Source of the DNA: Myxococcota bacterium
GTDB taxonomy: Bacteria; Myxococcota_A; UBA796
DNA: 33,717 nt
Assembly (NCBI GenBank): GCA_036127535.1
Contig: JAYYRF010000477.1
Location: 1 to 33,717, forward strand
Direction: 5' to 3'
Under the pieces are notes generated by a model. The model saw nothing but the letters and a program-made list of their open reading frames with translations, was not told the origin of the DNA and searched no databases. The stretch's first letter is position 1; the number at the start of each line of letters is the position of its first letter. The position numbers were made by a program, and so were the translations under genes. Shown piece by piece: positions 9,009-17,816 of the stretch.

Positions 9009-9629
9009 TCAGGGCAGGATTAAAATATCGGCCGTTTTTTCCGGATTCAGTTGTGATCGCAGATCTTTGAGATCACGATTGCTCATCGCGATACAGCCCA
9101 ATGTCCAATCGGTACTGGTTCCACCGCCGTGAATTAAAATTTCTCCACCGAGCGGAGAAGACTGCTCCGGCTTTTCGCCTCTTTGAATTTGAGACAGTAA
9201 TTCGTCGCCCTGTGCCCGTGAGATACGATTGTCTAAGACACCTTGCTCGATATCATCTGGGTTGGGATAGTGAATCGCGATGGCACCTTCATAGGTGGAA
9301 TTCGGCTTATCAGAGGTAATGTACCATCCCTCCGGGGTTTTTCCGTCCCCTTCTCGCTGCTTGTGTCCAAAGGATTCAAATCCAAGGGCGATGCGCCAAC
9401 AGCCACCGTCTACGAGTTTGCCTTTTCTGTACAGTCCCATCTTTCGGCTTTCCTTCTCTATAAAAATGAAGGATTCCGCTTCCAGCCTGGGATCTTTTTG
9501 AATATCTTGGGTAACCATGAGTTGCGAAACACGATCGATGCATTCGACAGAGGGCTCGGTAAAACCGATGTCCAAATCGGATGCATCCAACGAAAACTCC
9601 CCTTTACAAGCCAAAAATAGCCACAGCAT
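9009..9629 (-). CDS. L,D-transpeptidase family (YkuD; YafK/DpaA-like) lipoprotein
   Basis: GHKQREGDGKTPEGWY, IHYPN, GGEILIHGGG, WTLGCIAM (catalytic His/Cys). Strong RBS AAGGAG; lipobox FLAC at Cys8. Confidence 0.9.
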   Translation of the reverse strand: MLWLFLACKGEFSLDASDLDIGFTEPSVECIDRVSQLMVTQDIQKDPRLEAESFIFIEKESRKMGLYRKGKLVDGGCWRIALGFESFGHKQREGDGKTPEGWYITSDKPNSTYEGAIAIHYPNPDDIEQGVLDNRISRAQGDELLSQIQRGEKPEQSSPLGGEILIHGGGTSTDWTLGCIAMSNRDLKDLRSQLNPEKTADILILP

Positions 9630-9711
9630 TGTATTATCTCCTTTCCTTGTAGACGCAGGGTTTCGAAAAAAGTTTCATCAAAATTAAATTTTTGTAAGTT
9701 CCAACTCTTTT

Positions 9712-9740
9712 TTGCCCGATTTGGGTGTCATGCATACAAT
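9712..9740 (+). promoter_or_regulatory. Putative sigma70-type promoter
   Basis: TTGCCC (9712-9717), 17 bp spacer, TACAAT (9735-9740), preceded by an A/T-rich tract. Confidence 0.45.
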
Positions 9741-9976
9741 GTCACACAACCTTTTCCTTTTGGGAGGATCTATGCAGGCCGACGACTGGGGATTCCTCAT
9801 CCTTTTGTGAAGATGTCTAAACGGCAAAAGAGAAGAGCAAAACCGTCCTTCGGTTACATAAGCCAACGATCTTGGGTTCGATTTACATCCCACGCAAACT
9901 TCGCGATGATTGTCCTTGGCAAGTCGGTTACTAAAATTTATGATTAAATCTTAAATATCCCTCAAGAGGAAAACCG

Positions 9977-10564
9977 ATGAAATTCGAGCTTTACTTTACA
10001 CGACTCAAGCCAATGGGCGTCTCGGATTTTGAGACATGGAAAACCCAAAACCAAGAGGCCTATGATCTCCTATTGGCTCTAAACGCACGGGCACGAGCAC
10101 ACTGTGAAACCCAAAGCCCTGAGGACGGACGGATCTCACGCGAGCAAGGAGAGACCGCCCGTCAAATCCTTGCAGATTTAAGCACAATCGGAACCGCACG
10201 AACCAACTTTTATAACAATATCGATTATGCCTGTGATGTAGAAGGTCTCAGCGACACCGACGCCTTTTATCAGCGCTACCCGGGACTGGAAGGCAAAGAC
10301 TACTACGCTACATCAGCAGAAATCATCTCCGCTCAATTTGATGACCGCTTCGATCCGTCGCAGCCCGATCACAAAATCTTTCCGGCGATTCATATGGCTT
10401 CCAGTACCATTGAAATTCCCATCCGCCAACCGGCAGATTTTCAGCAGCCCGAAGGACTAACACCATTCTGTGGTATATTCCAAGACGCCGCTTTTATCCT
10501 TGCCGGCTGCTGGTACGAGGCGATATTCCCTGGTTATCACGGCTGGAATAAGCTTGACGATTAA
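9977..10564 (+). CDS. Hypothetical protein (195 aa)
   Basis: GAGGA RBS, protein-like composition, first of three co-oriented genes; no recognised motif. Confidence 0.75.
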   Translation: MKFELYFTRLKPMGVSDFETWKTQNQEAYDLLLALNARARAHCETQSPEDGRISREQGETARQILADLSTIGTARTNFYNNIDYACDVEGLSDTDAFYQRYPGLEGKDYYATSAEIISAQFDDRFDPSQPDHKIFPAIHMASSTIEIPIRQPADFQQPEGLTPFCGIFQDAAFILAGCWYEAIFPGYHGWNKLDD

Positions 10565-10582
10565 ATCCTTTCTGGAAACAAT

Positions 10583-11545
10583 ATGAATACCACCTTGAGC
10601 TCCCAAAACCTAGAATCCGTACAATCCTACCTCGATACCCTCTCCGGCGACTCGGAGGCACTGCTCTTTGGTGTTGGCGCACCGCAGGCCACCTCGCTTG
10701 ACGAGCTGTATGCACCGCTTCGCTCACTGCCGCACGGCGCCTACATCGCAATCTGGACGCTGGGGATGCTGGCGAAGAATGGTACTCCGTGGGCTCTCTC
10801 ACAAGAGAATCTCATGCTGTTTTATAAAAATATACAGCAGCTTCCCGATAGCCTTCGCCACCTCTCCAACCTGCGAACAATTCTTATATCCTTCAATCCC
10901 CTTACCGATCTTTCCCTGCTGGCCACCCTTCCCAAGCTGCAAGAGGTCATTCTCTCCGAAAGCCAAAAAGAGCACCTCCCTGACGACGTGTCCTTTTCGG
11001 TAGGCTACACGTATGTGATGAATCTAAGTCTGGATCAAGGCTCTCCCTCCGTCAACATGGATTTGACCATCGTTCCAGCGGATCTCAAAGAGGCCAAGCG
11101 GCAATACCTTAGCGGAACACCGGAAGGAAAATCCGCTGCGCTTGCCCTTGTGAAACCCTTTATTGGTATTTTTTACATATCCGACAACGTTGACGCTGTT
11201 TGTGAAGAGGAAATCGAAGATCCCATGCGCCTCCTCGCTGAAGAGGATGTCATCTTGACCCATCTCGTCATACACTTTGATGAAGAAAGTATCATCCCCA
11301 ACATTGGCGCGGCCGGAGAGACCGTATTTTTCTTCAGAGAGCCGCAAAGCTCAGACGAGCTCGAGCACGTACAATGGGGTGTCTCGGTTGAATTTATTCC
11401 GCCGCACAAAGAGAACGATTTCATTGGGGTCTTCGATGGATGGCACCGTGCTGATATCCTCCACGAAGAATATCTTGAGCACCACAAATGTCTCCCACGA
11501 CTGGAGAAAGCCTTTTTCTCCGCCCTGCACCACGGGTGGATGTAG
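10583..11545 (+). CDS. Protein with a short leucine-rich-repeat segment and an unknown acidic C-terminal domain
   Basis: NIQQLPDSLRHLSNLRTILISFNPLTDLSLLATLPKLQEVILS fits about 2-3 LRR units. Confidence 0.7.
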   Translation: MNTTLSSQNLESVQSYLDTLSGDSEALLFGVGAPQATSLDELYAPLRSLPHGAYIAIWTLGMLAKNGTPWALSQENLMLFYKNIQQLPDSLRHLSNLRTILISFNPLTDLSLLATLPKLQEVILSESQKEHLPDDVSFSVGYTYVMNLSLDQGSPSVNMDLTIVPADLKEAKRQYLSGTPEGKSAALALVKPFIGIFYISDNVDAVCEEEIEDPMRLLAEEDVILTHLVIHFDEESIIPNIGAAGETVFFFREPQSSDELEHVQWGVSVEFIPPHKENDFIGVFDGWHRADILHEEYLEHHKCLPRLEKAFFSALHHGWM

Positions 11546-11580
11546 TAGTATACGTCGCGCACCCTAAAACAAGGAAGCAA

Positions 11581-12306
11581 ATGAAAAACTATAGATTTGA
11601 GTTTTATACCAAAAAAGGTCAGCCCTTTAGCTACTATATCGAACCCATAAGCAAAGAAGCCTTTGCGTACTGGAGCACCAATGGTGGTTGTGCAGCCCTT
11701 TTTCGTCACATCAACGAAGTCACCGAGATTGGACTGACCAATCCAAAGGAAATCGAAAAATTTCTCGACGCTGAATTCTCTAATATTCCGCCATCGGCCA
11801 GGGTCATACCCACAGCCGAAAAGCTAAACGAATATTACGGCAATTGGTATTCTTACAGCTCTTTTCTATCTGGGTGGATATACCACTTCGATGCGGCCGA
11901 TCTTCAAAACTATGCGATGGACGTATACGATGTTTCCGACAACGAGAAAGATGCACCCATGGTTTGGGGAGGAACCTTGGCTGATCTCGTTCAAAAAAAC
12001 ACCCAAGCGTTAGCACAAAAGAAGTATAAAACCCGCAAGGTCAATGGCCACTATATGCACCTCATCCAATCCGAGCGTGCGAGAATCATCGGTCATATGG
12101 AAATGGCCGGAGAATGGGATCCTGCACGTCTACGCATCACAACCCAAATCGATGATTTTTACGGCCCTTGTCTGCGTCCCGATAGCTTCCGATACCAGAA
12201 CGACAACGGTGAATATAAAAGAGCAAACGTCGATTGGGAGGTTTGGAGTGCGCAAGGCCATCCCTTTGACCTATACGATGGCATAGAGATCTGCGAGCCT
12301 GTCTAG
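11581..12306 (+). CDS. Hypothetical protein (241 aa), aromatic-rich
   Basis: ATG 11581 preceded by AAGGAAG; this start avoids the overlap with the upstream gene caused by the 11488 start. Confidence 0.72.
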   Translation: MKNYRFEFYTKKGQPFSYYIEPISKEAFAYWSTNGGCAALFRHINEVTEIGLTNPKEIEKFLDAEFSNIPPSARVIPTAEKLNEYYGNWYSYSSFLSGWIYHFDAADLQNYAMDVYDVSDNEKDAPMVWGGTLADLVQKNTQALAQKKYKTRKVNGHYMHLIQSERARIIGHMEMAGEWDPARLRITTQIDDFYGPCLRPDSFRYQNDNGEYKRANVDWEVWSAQGHPFDLYDGIEICEPV

Positions 12307-12998
12307 AACCTCTTCACCACAGAGCGAACATAGTCACGCTCCCAGGTGATAGAAACAAACATCAGAAAACCCAAAAGAAGCGCACTGGAAAAGAAACCGA
12401 TGGCGTGGAGTGCGACCGCATTCACAATAACCAAAATGATCAATACCACGATCCCGATGTTGGCAAGCGCCGTCGTTAAACGCACCAATCGTCTCCCTTT
12501 CCCCTGACCAATGCTCTGAATCTCCCAGCCTTGTTCACCACGAATCAGCTGCATCAAAACCATCACCGTCTTCCCATTTGAATTTTGATTGAACAAAAAA
12601 CGCATTTTCTCTCGACCGCTTTCTTTGTGAAACAAACGAATGTAGGCATTGCTAATTTGACCAAAATGATCACCCCAATCGGGATGAAAGAGATTGGCCA
12701 CAAAAACCAGCTTTTCCACTGCCGCTGGCACCTGGCGGAAATCGACGTTTAACTGCAGAAGATCGCGTGCATTTGCACCGTCCATTTGATCTTCGGGATG
12801 AACCATCACGGACTCTTCAAAGGTAAAACCATTCTCCATCTCCACGAATTTCTTTCGCTTGTCGAGCATAAAGCAGTTCAATTCAACATGAAGGTCTCCT
12901 TCTGCACAACCCCAACCGAAACCAAAACCTACTTCTTGCACATCTCCGAAATTCTCCTTGATGCTTAAGGTCTGGCCTGCTTTTAGGGCTATACTCAT
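12303..12998 (-). CDS. TerD-family domain protein with a C-terminal two-helix membrane anchor
   Basis: MSIALKAGQTLSI start, GFGWG, VEKLVFVANL, FGQISNAYIRLF, WEIQSIGQG are TerD hallmarks. ATG 12998 overlaps the pullulanase stop (ATGA). Confidence 0.8.
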   Translation of the reverse strand: MSIALKAGQTLSIKENFGDVQEVGFGFGWGCAEGDLHVELNCFMLDKRKKFVEMENGFTFEESVMVHPEDQMDGANARDLLQLNVDFRQVPAAVEKLVFVANLFHPDWGDHFGQISNAYIRLFHKESGREKMRFLFNQNSNGKTVMVLMQLIRGEQGWEIQSIGQGKGRRLVRLTTALANIGIVVLIILVIVNAVALHAIGFFSSALLLGFLMFVSITWERDYVRSVVKRF

Positions 12999-14980
12999 TG
13001 CCCATCTCCTCTCATCCAAATATACCCACTGCGCGCCGGTACCTGCACATCGCCCGAAACAGATGCGCGGCGGACCGCCACCTTTTTTCCATCGGCCACC
13101 AAGAACCATTCTCCTTGCGGTAAAGAAAGTGAGTGAGCGACGGAATCGCCATTGAATGCAATCAAAATCTCCTTCCAATCGTCTCCATTGGCATGCTCTT
13201 TAAGCCGATAGGCGAAGAACCGGTCGGAATCGCTCGGCAAGAATTCAAGATGCTCTTGCACCTGTTCCGCGGTCTTCATACGAAAAGCGGGGTGTGCCTT
13301 TCGCAGCGCAATGAGAGCTTTGTAGTAGTCGTGTACTTCTTGATATGTCGATTTCTGTGCCCAGCGAATCCGATTGACAGAATCGGGTGAACGATAGGAG
13401 TTCTCTTCCCCGCCCTTACTGCGCAAAAACTCTCCACCAGCGTGCAAAAAGGGAATCCCCTGCGAAGTCAGGACAATGGTATAAGCCAAAATATGCATCT
13501 GAATTCGCTCCTCGGGGGTGGCGTCGGGTACAGAAATTTCCAGTTTATCAAAGAGGGTATGGTTGTCGTGGCAAGAGACATAGGCAATGCTCTGGGTGGG
13601 GGCTCCCGCCCACGGCGTGCCGGAATATCGAACTTTTTCCATATCGATTTGAGGATGAGAAACCGCTCCCACGATACCAAACTGCAACGATTCCTTCCAG
13701 CCGTCTTGTCCGCTCGCAAATCCGCGGTCGTGATGGTTGAACACATTCCCCTTAATTGCATCGCGCAGATCGTCGCTAAAGGCGGAGATGCCCGGCAGCT
13801 CTTGAATACGATGTTTGAGGGCTCGATCCGTCTCAGGAAGAGTACTCTCTCCCCCCGTCCATCCCTCACCGTAGAGTAAAAGCGTGGGGTCGCGCTCCAA
13901 GAGCACCCGCTCGATTTCCCGCATCGTTTCCAAATCGTGCAGACCCATCAAATCGAAGCGAAATCCATCGATGTGGTACTCTTCTACCCAATACAGAAGC
14001 GAATCGATAATCATCTTGCGCACCATTGGCCGCTCCGAAGCGATCTCGTTTCCACAACCCGAGCCGTTGGAGAATGTTCCATCCGGACGCATCCGGTGGT
14101 AGATGCCGGGCGCAAGCTGATAAAAGAGAGACTCCTCGGTGTAGCCGGTGTGGTTATACACCACGTCCATCACCACCCGCAGCCCAGCCTTGTGGAGCAC
14201 TTGAATCATGGTTTTCAATTCGAGGAGGCGGCGCGCGGGTTGCTGAGGCTCGGTGCTATAGCTTCCTTCCGGTACGTTGTAGTGCTGTGGATCGTATCCC
14301 CAATTGTATTGATCGCGGCGGTTTTCATCGACCGATCGAAAGTCAAAGATCGGAAGGAGATGGACATGCGTCACACCCAATTCGCGGATGTGATCGAGAC
14401 CGGTAGAAAGTCCTTGCGGTGAGCGGGTTCCTTCCTCTGCGAGGCCGAGAAAGAGGCCGGCTTGTTCAATACCCGCATCCGGATCCATAGACAAATCGCG
14501 GATGTGCAACTCATAGATGATGGCTTCGCTCTTGTGTGCGAGCGGAGGCGGGCGATCGTCCGTCCAATTCGGTGGAGAGACCGAGGCCGCATCCAGCACC
14601 GCTCCGCGCTTGCCGTTTACCGTTACTGCGCGGGCATAGGGATCCACGCGCTCTTCCATCCATATTCCGTTGTGCCGAATTTGAAAGGTGTAAGAATGAC
14701 CCACCCAATTTCCCACCAAACGAACCGACCAAATATCGTTCTCTTCTTTAGCCAGTTGCACCGTTTGAACCAAACGATCTTTATACATATGCAGCCGTAC
14801 CGCTTCTGCGTTGGGTGCCCAAAGAGCAAAAGTAGAAGCGTCAGGCTGATATTTTAGCCCGAGAGAAGGAGACTTTTTCGAAATCGAAATGTTAGAAGAC
14901 ATGGTTTTAGGGATACACGAAAACGCAGCCCATCCGCCAATCAAAAGTAAGCCCTTTTGTAAAAAAGCCTTTCTTCGCAT
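12995..14980 (-). CDS. pulA: Type I pullulanase (GH13 with CBM48), predicted lipoprotein
   Basis: YNWGYDP type I signature, IIYELHIRD, MDVVYNHT, GFRFDLMG, YGEGW, CHDN. Signal MRRKAFL...AFSC; RBS GGGGAG before ATG 14980. Confidence 0.93.
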   Translation of the reverse strand: MRRKAFLQKGLLLIGGWAAFSCIPKTMSSNISISKKSPSLGLKYQPDASTFALWAPNAEAVRLHMYKDRLVQTVQLAKEENDIWSVRLVGNWVGHSYTFQIRHNGIWMEERVDPYARAVTVNGKRGAVLDAASVSPPNWTDDRPPPLAHKSEAIIYELHIRDLSMDPDAGIEQAGLFLGLAEEGTRSPQGLSTGLDHIRELGVTHVHLLPIFDFRSVDENRRDQYNWGYDPQHYNVPEGSYSTEPQQPARRLLELKTMIQVLHKAGLRVVMDVVYNHTGYTEESLFYQLAPGIYHRMRPDGTFSNGSGCGNEIASERPMVRKMIIDSLLYWVEEYHIDGFRFDLMGLHDLETMREIERVLLERDPTLLLYGEGWTGGESTLPETDRALKHRIQELPGISAFSDDLRDAIKGNVFNHHDRGFASGQDGWKESLQFGIVGAVSHPQIDMEKVRYSGTPWAGAPTQSIAYVSCHDNHTLFDKLEISVPDATPEERIQMHILAYTIVLTSQGIPFLHAGGEFLRSKGGEENSYRSPDSVNRIRWAQKSTYQEVHDYYKALIALRKAHPAFRMKTAEQVQEHLEFLPSDSDRFFAYRLKEHANGDDWKEILIAFNGDSVAHSLSLPQGEWFLVADGKKVAVRRASVSGDVQVPARSGYIWMRGDGQ

Positions 14981-15183
14981 TGTGCTCCCCTGTTTAAATC
15001 CCACCCAAGGCCTGTCTTCAAGATTCTCACTTCAAAAAGTAGGATCCAAGTCGATGTATCCATATAATAACCCAACTTTCTCCTGTGGTATTGACCTTCA
15101 AGATACGGACGCACATAGAGTATTCGTATTCCCAAGTACGATTTTCGTATATGAAAACGGGCTACCCACCACGAGGAGAAATC

Positions 15184-15471
15184 ATGTTGGAACCTGCTTC
15201 AGAAAAACAGGACATCCTCAGGCCGGGCGACCGGTTTTGGTTTTGGCTCTGTACGGAAGTATCCGATGCGCCGACTCTTTTTATTAAACCCCTCCGGACA
15301 GATCCGGGGATGAGCTCCCTGAAAGAACAAAGCGAAAACCCCGAAAAGGGTCGCGCTCAGACGCGGCATTTTTGCGCCGGTCGGACGTCCGCATATCCGT
15401 TGTGGTACCGCACCATGCACCACCGCGAACGATCCGTTCGGATACGGATGCATCGACGTAGACCGGATTGA
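15184..15471 (+). pseudogene. Possible 5' remnant of a truncated gene; its distal part is antisense to the kinase-FGE gene
   Basis: Strong RBS GAGGAG 5 nt before ATG 15184. First ~48 codons are globular-looking (RFWFWLCTEVSDAPTLFIKPL), the rest is the antisense of the FGE domain. Confidence 0.35.
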
Positions 15472-17761
15472 CAATCGACCCGCTGTACGCTCTTCTCCAA
15501 CTGTCAAACACCCACTCCCAAACGTTTCCGCTCATGTCGTACAAACCAAAGGCATTCGCCGATTTCTGCCCAACCGGATGCGTTTCATCACCGCTGTTTG
15601 CATCATACCACCCCACCTCATCTGCCCGATCATGACCAGCATATATCGAAGACCCGCCGGCGCGCGCGCAGTACTCCCACTCGGCTTCGGTGGGCAAGCG
15701 ATAGCCATTGGCGCTTTGCTTCCACCGCACCTGCATTGAAAGAGCATCGAGTCGATCCCGAAACCAGTGTTCTTGACACGCCTTTTCCAAACCGGCAGGA
15801 AGCATGTAGCAGGGCTCCAGCCCCTCCAACTCGCTTAGTTTGTTGCAAAACACCACCGCATCGCACCAAGACACTTTCTCTACCGGTCTCTTCGCGCCGG
15901 TAAAGTGGCTCGGGTTCTCACCACCCATCACCGCTTCATATAACTCTTGCGTACACGGATATACGCTCATCCAAAAGACCTTCGTCAGGGTGACGTTGTG
16001 ATGGGGACGTTCTCCATCGCGGGCCTCGCCATCCTTATCCAATGCACCCATCCAAAATGTTCCCGGATGGATTTCCTTGAGCGGAAAAAGTTTCATAATC
16101 GATCGGCCGGCTTGTTTCCATCGCCCTTGACGGCGCTGTAGGGATTCTTTGCGCTGGCGCTCCGCTTCGATATGCCGACGGGTTTCCGCCACCTCTTTTT
16201 GGAGGACGTCGCGTCCGGGCACCTGAGCGTAAAAAGGGAGCCAATTCGCCTTGAAAATATGCTGCGTTTTCTGCGCGTACAGTTCATCGATCTCTCGCTG
16301 CTTCGCCTCGCATTTTTCGATGCAAGTATCGCGCGTTCGTTCATATGTACCGCGCTGGAACAAACCGGAAAGCAGACCCAACTCCGCCAACGCATCCTCC
16401 GCATCGCTCCGTGCGAGCTTCAGTACCCGCAGTTCCTCTCGCTTGTAAAGAATCTCCGCATCGGAGTCGACTGCAGAAAAAAACTTCGATTCAATCGCAT
16501 CCCAGTATCCGATGCTTTCCTCTCCATAACGGTCTTTCGTGTAGGATAAGGAGAAGCTGAGAAAGGGATGCTCAACCGTACGGGTAAAACCATCCGCTGT
16601 GATCATCATTCGATCCTCGTAGGTTTCGCGATATGTAGAGAGCAAATCATTGATCAAAATGCTCTGTGAGCCCAAAGCCGCAATTCCGTGTGCCCAAGCG
16701 GTATCCATCTCCGCCACCAACGCCTCTTCCAATTGATTCAATTGCGCGAGGGCATCTGATTTTCGTCGATCGGCCTCATTGTGGCGTCTTTGGGTGAGAA
16801 GTCGCTCTTGCTCTTTGCGCTCGTCTTCTTCCCTTTGGCGTTCTGCCGCGACTAAAAGTGCCCGTCTCTTCCCCTCTTGCTCTTTTCGGTGCTCTTCCTT
16901 TCTCTCTTCGAGGCGCTGTAAAAACACATTGGGCGTCTCGTCCTTTGGACGTCGAAGAACCGCAGCGAGGGGAGGACTTACGAGACCACCTTGGGTCTGA
17001 CGAATCTTCGACAACCCATTCCGCGCGGATTCGGCATCGGCAAAGCGATCGCCTTCATCGTACGCAAGCATCTTGTCGAGCCAGCGCTGCAGCGGCATGC
17101 GCAGATGCATGCACTTTTCTTCCCAGCGCATCCGCATCCGATCGTCCAAGAGAGTCGAGGGGTTTTCCCCGGTTAGACAAGCGACGACCAAAGCGCCAAC
17201 CGAATACAGGTCGGAACGAAGGGTCGGCTCCCCTCGAAACTGTTCGGGCGCTTGGTACCCGAGCGTACCCGCAGCGAGGGTACCGCCGAAGGTTCGATGC
17301 ACATCATCGATTGCCGTACCAAAATCGATGAGCACCACCTGACCGTCCGCTCGCAAGAGGAGATTGCTCGGTTTGATATCGCGGTGGATCACAGGTGGAG
17401 AAATCGCTTGCAAATAGCACAAAATGGACAACAGCTGATGCACCCATTCGAGAACTTGCTCTTCGCGAAGGGAACCGCCCGCATGCACCTCCGCCAGCGT
17501 TTGTCCTTCCACAAAGGCCATCACCAAATGCGGTAGCCGGCGCCCCTCCACCTTGTCGACGAAATGATCGATGTAGCGTGGAATTTGGGGATGCTCGAGA
17601 GTGCTTAAGAGTTGTGCCTCGCGCTCCCATTTGTTCTCATTTTTGTACTGAATCGGTGTTTTAAAACGCTTTACGACGACCGAATTCCCACTTTCATCTT
17701 CCGATAAAAATGTGAAGGCGAAAGTACCTTCGCCGAGAATTCGATGAATGGGGTATTTCAC
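15284..17761 (-). CDS. Ser/Thr protein kinase (Pkn2-type) - coiled coil - FGE-sulfatase (SUMF1/C-type lectin fold) fusion
   Basis: GEGTFA, VVKR, HRDIKPSN, IDFG, GTLGYQAPE. C-terminal FWMG, RPVEKVSW, RLPTEAEWEY, NAFGLYDMSGNVWEW, RGGAW, GFRF. GTG start with GAGGAG RBS. Confidence 0.92.
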   Translation of the reverse strand: MKYPIHRILGEGTFAFTFLSEDESGNSVVVKRFKTPIQYKNENKWEREAQLLSTLEHPQIPRYIDHFVDKVEGRRLPHLVMAFVEGQTLAEVHAGGSLREEQVLEWVHQLLSILCYLQAISPPVIHRDIKPSNLLLRADGQVVLIDFGTAIDDVHRTFGGTLAAGTLGYQAPEQFRGEPTLRSDLYSVGALVVACLTGENPSTLLDDRMRMRWEEKCMHLRMPLQRWLDKMLAYDEGDRFADAESARNGLSKIRQTQGGLVSPPLAAVLRRPKDETPNVFLQRLEERKEEHRKEQEGKRRALLVAAERQREEDERKEQERLLTQRRHNEADRRKSDALAQLNQLEEALVAEMDTAWAHGIAALGSQSILINDLLSTYRETYEDRMMITADGFTRTVEHPFLSFSLSYTKDRYGEESIGYWDAIESKFFSAVDSDAEILYKREELRVLKLARSDAEDALAELGLLSGLFQRGTYERTRDTCIEKCEAKQREIDELYAQKTQHIFKANWLPFYAQVPGRDVLQKEVAETRRHIEAERQRKESLQRRQGRWKQAGRSIMKLFPLKEIHPGTFWMGALDKDGEARDGERPHHNVTLTKVFWMSVYPCTQELYEAVMGGENPSHFTGAKRPVEKVSWCDAVVFCNKLSELEGLEPCYMLPAGLEKACQEHWFRDRLDALSMQVRWKQSANGYRLPTEAEWEYCARAGGSSIYAGHDRADEVGWYDANSGDETHPVGQKSANAFGLYDMSGNVWEWVFDSWRRAYSGSIVNPVYVDASVSERIVRGGAWCGTTTDMRTSDRRKNAASERDPFRGFRFVLSGSSSPDLSGGV

Positions 17762-17816
17762 GTTCTCTCCTCGTCCCTTTGTATCAAACCGAGCAGTCTA
17801 ATTTCGCACTCCCTTT

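Noticed and set aside
9856-9933. AbrB/MazE-like fragment (GSIYIPRKLRDDCPWQVG) in the intergenic leader
   Set aside because: Resemblance covers under 20 residues with no convincing start or RBS in that frame; cannot be distinguished from chance without a search.
12999-13178. ORF-track N-terminal extensions (TerD from 13178, AstE from 25735, lipoprotein from 597, 11488 start, LRR-like from 32788)
   Set aside because: Downstream starts have RBSs, stop/start coupling or family-typical N-termini, and most extensions overlap neighbouring genes.
15005-15471. Complete diversity-generating retroelement around the FGE-domain gene
   Set aside because: No second copy of the putative variable region and no reverse transcriptase or Avd gene seen in the window.
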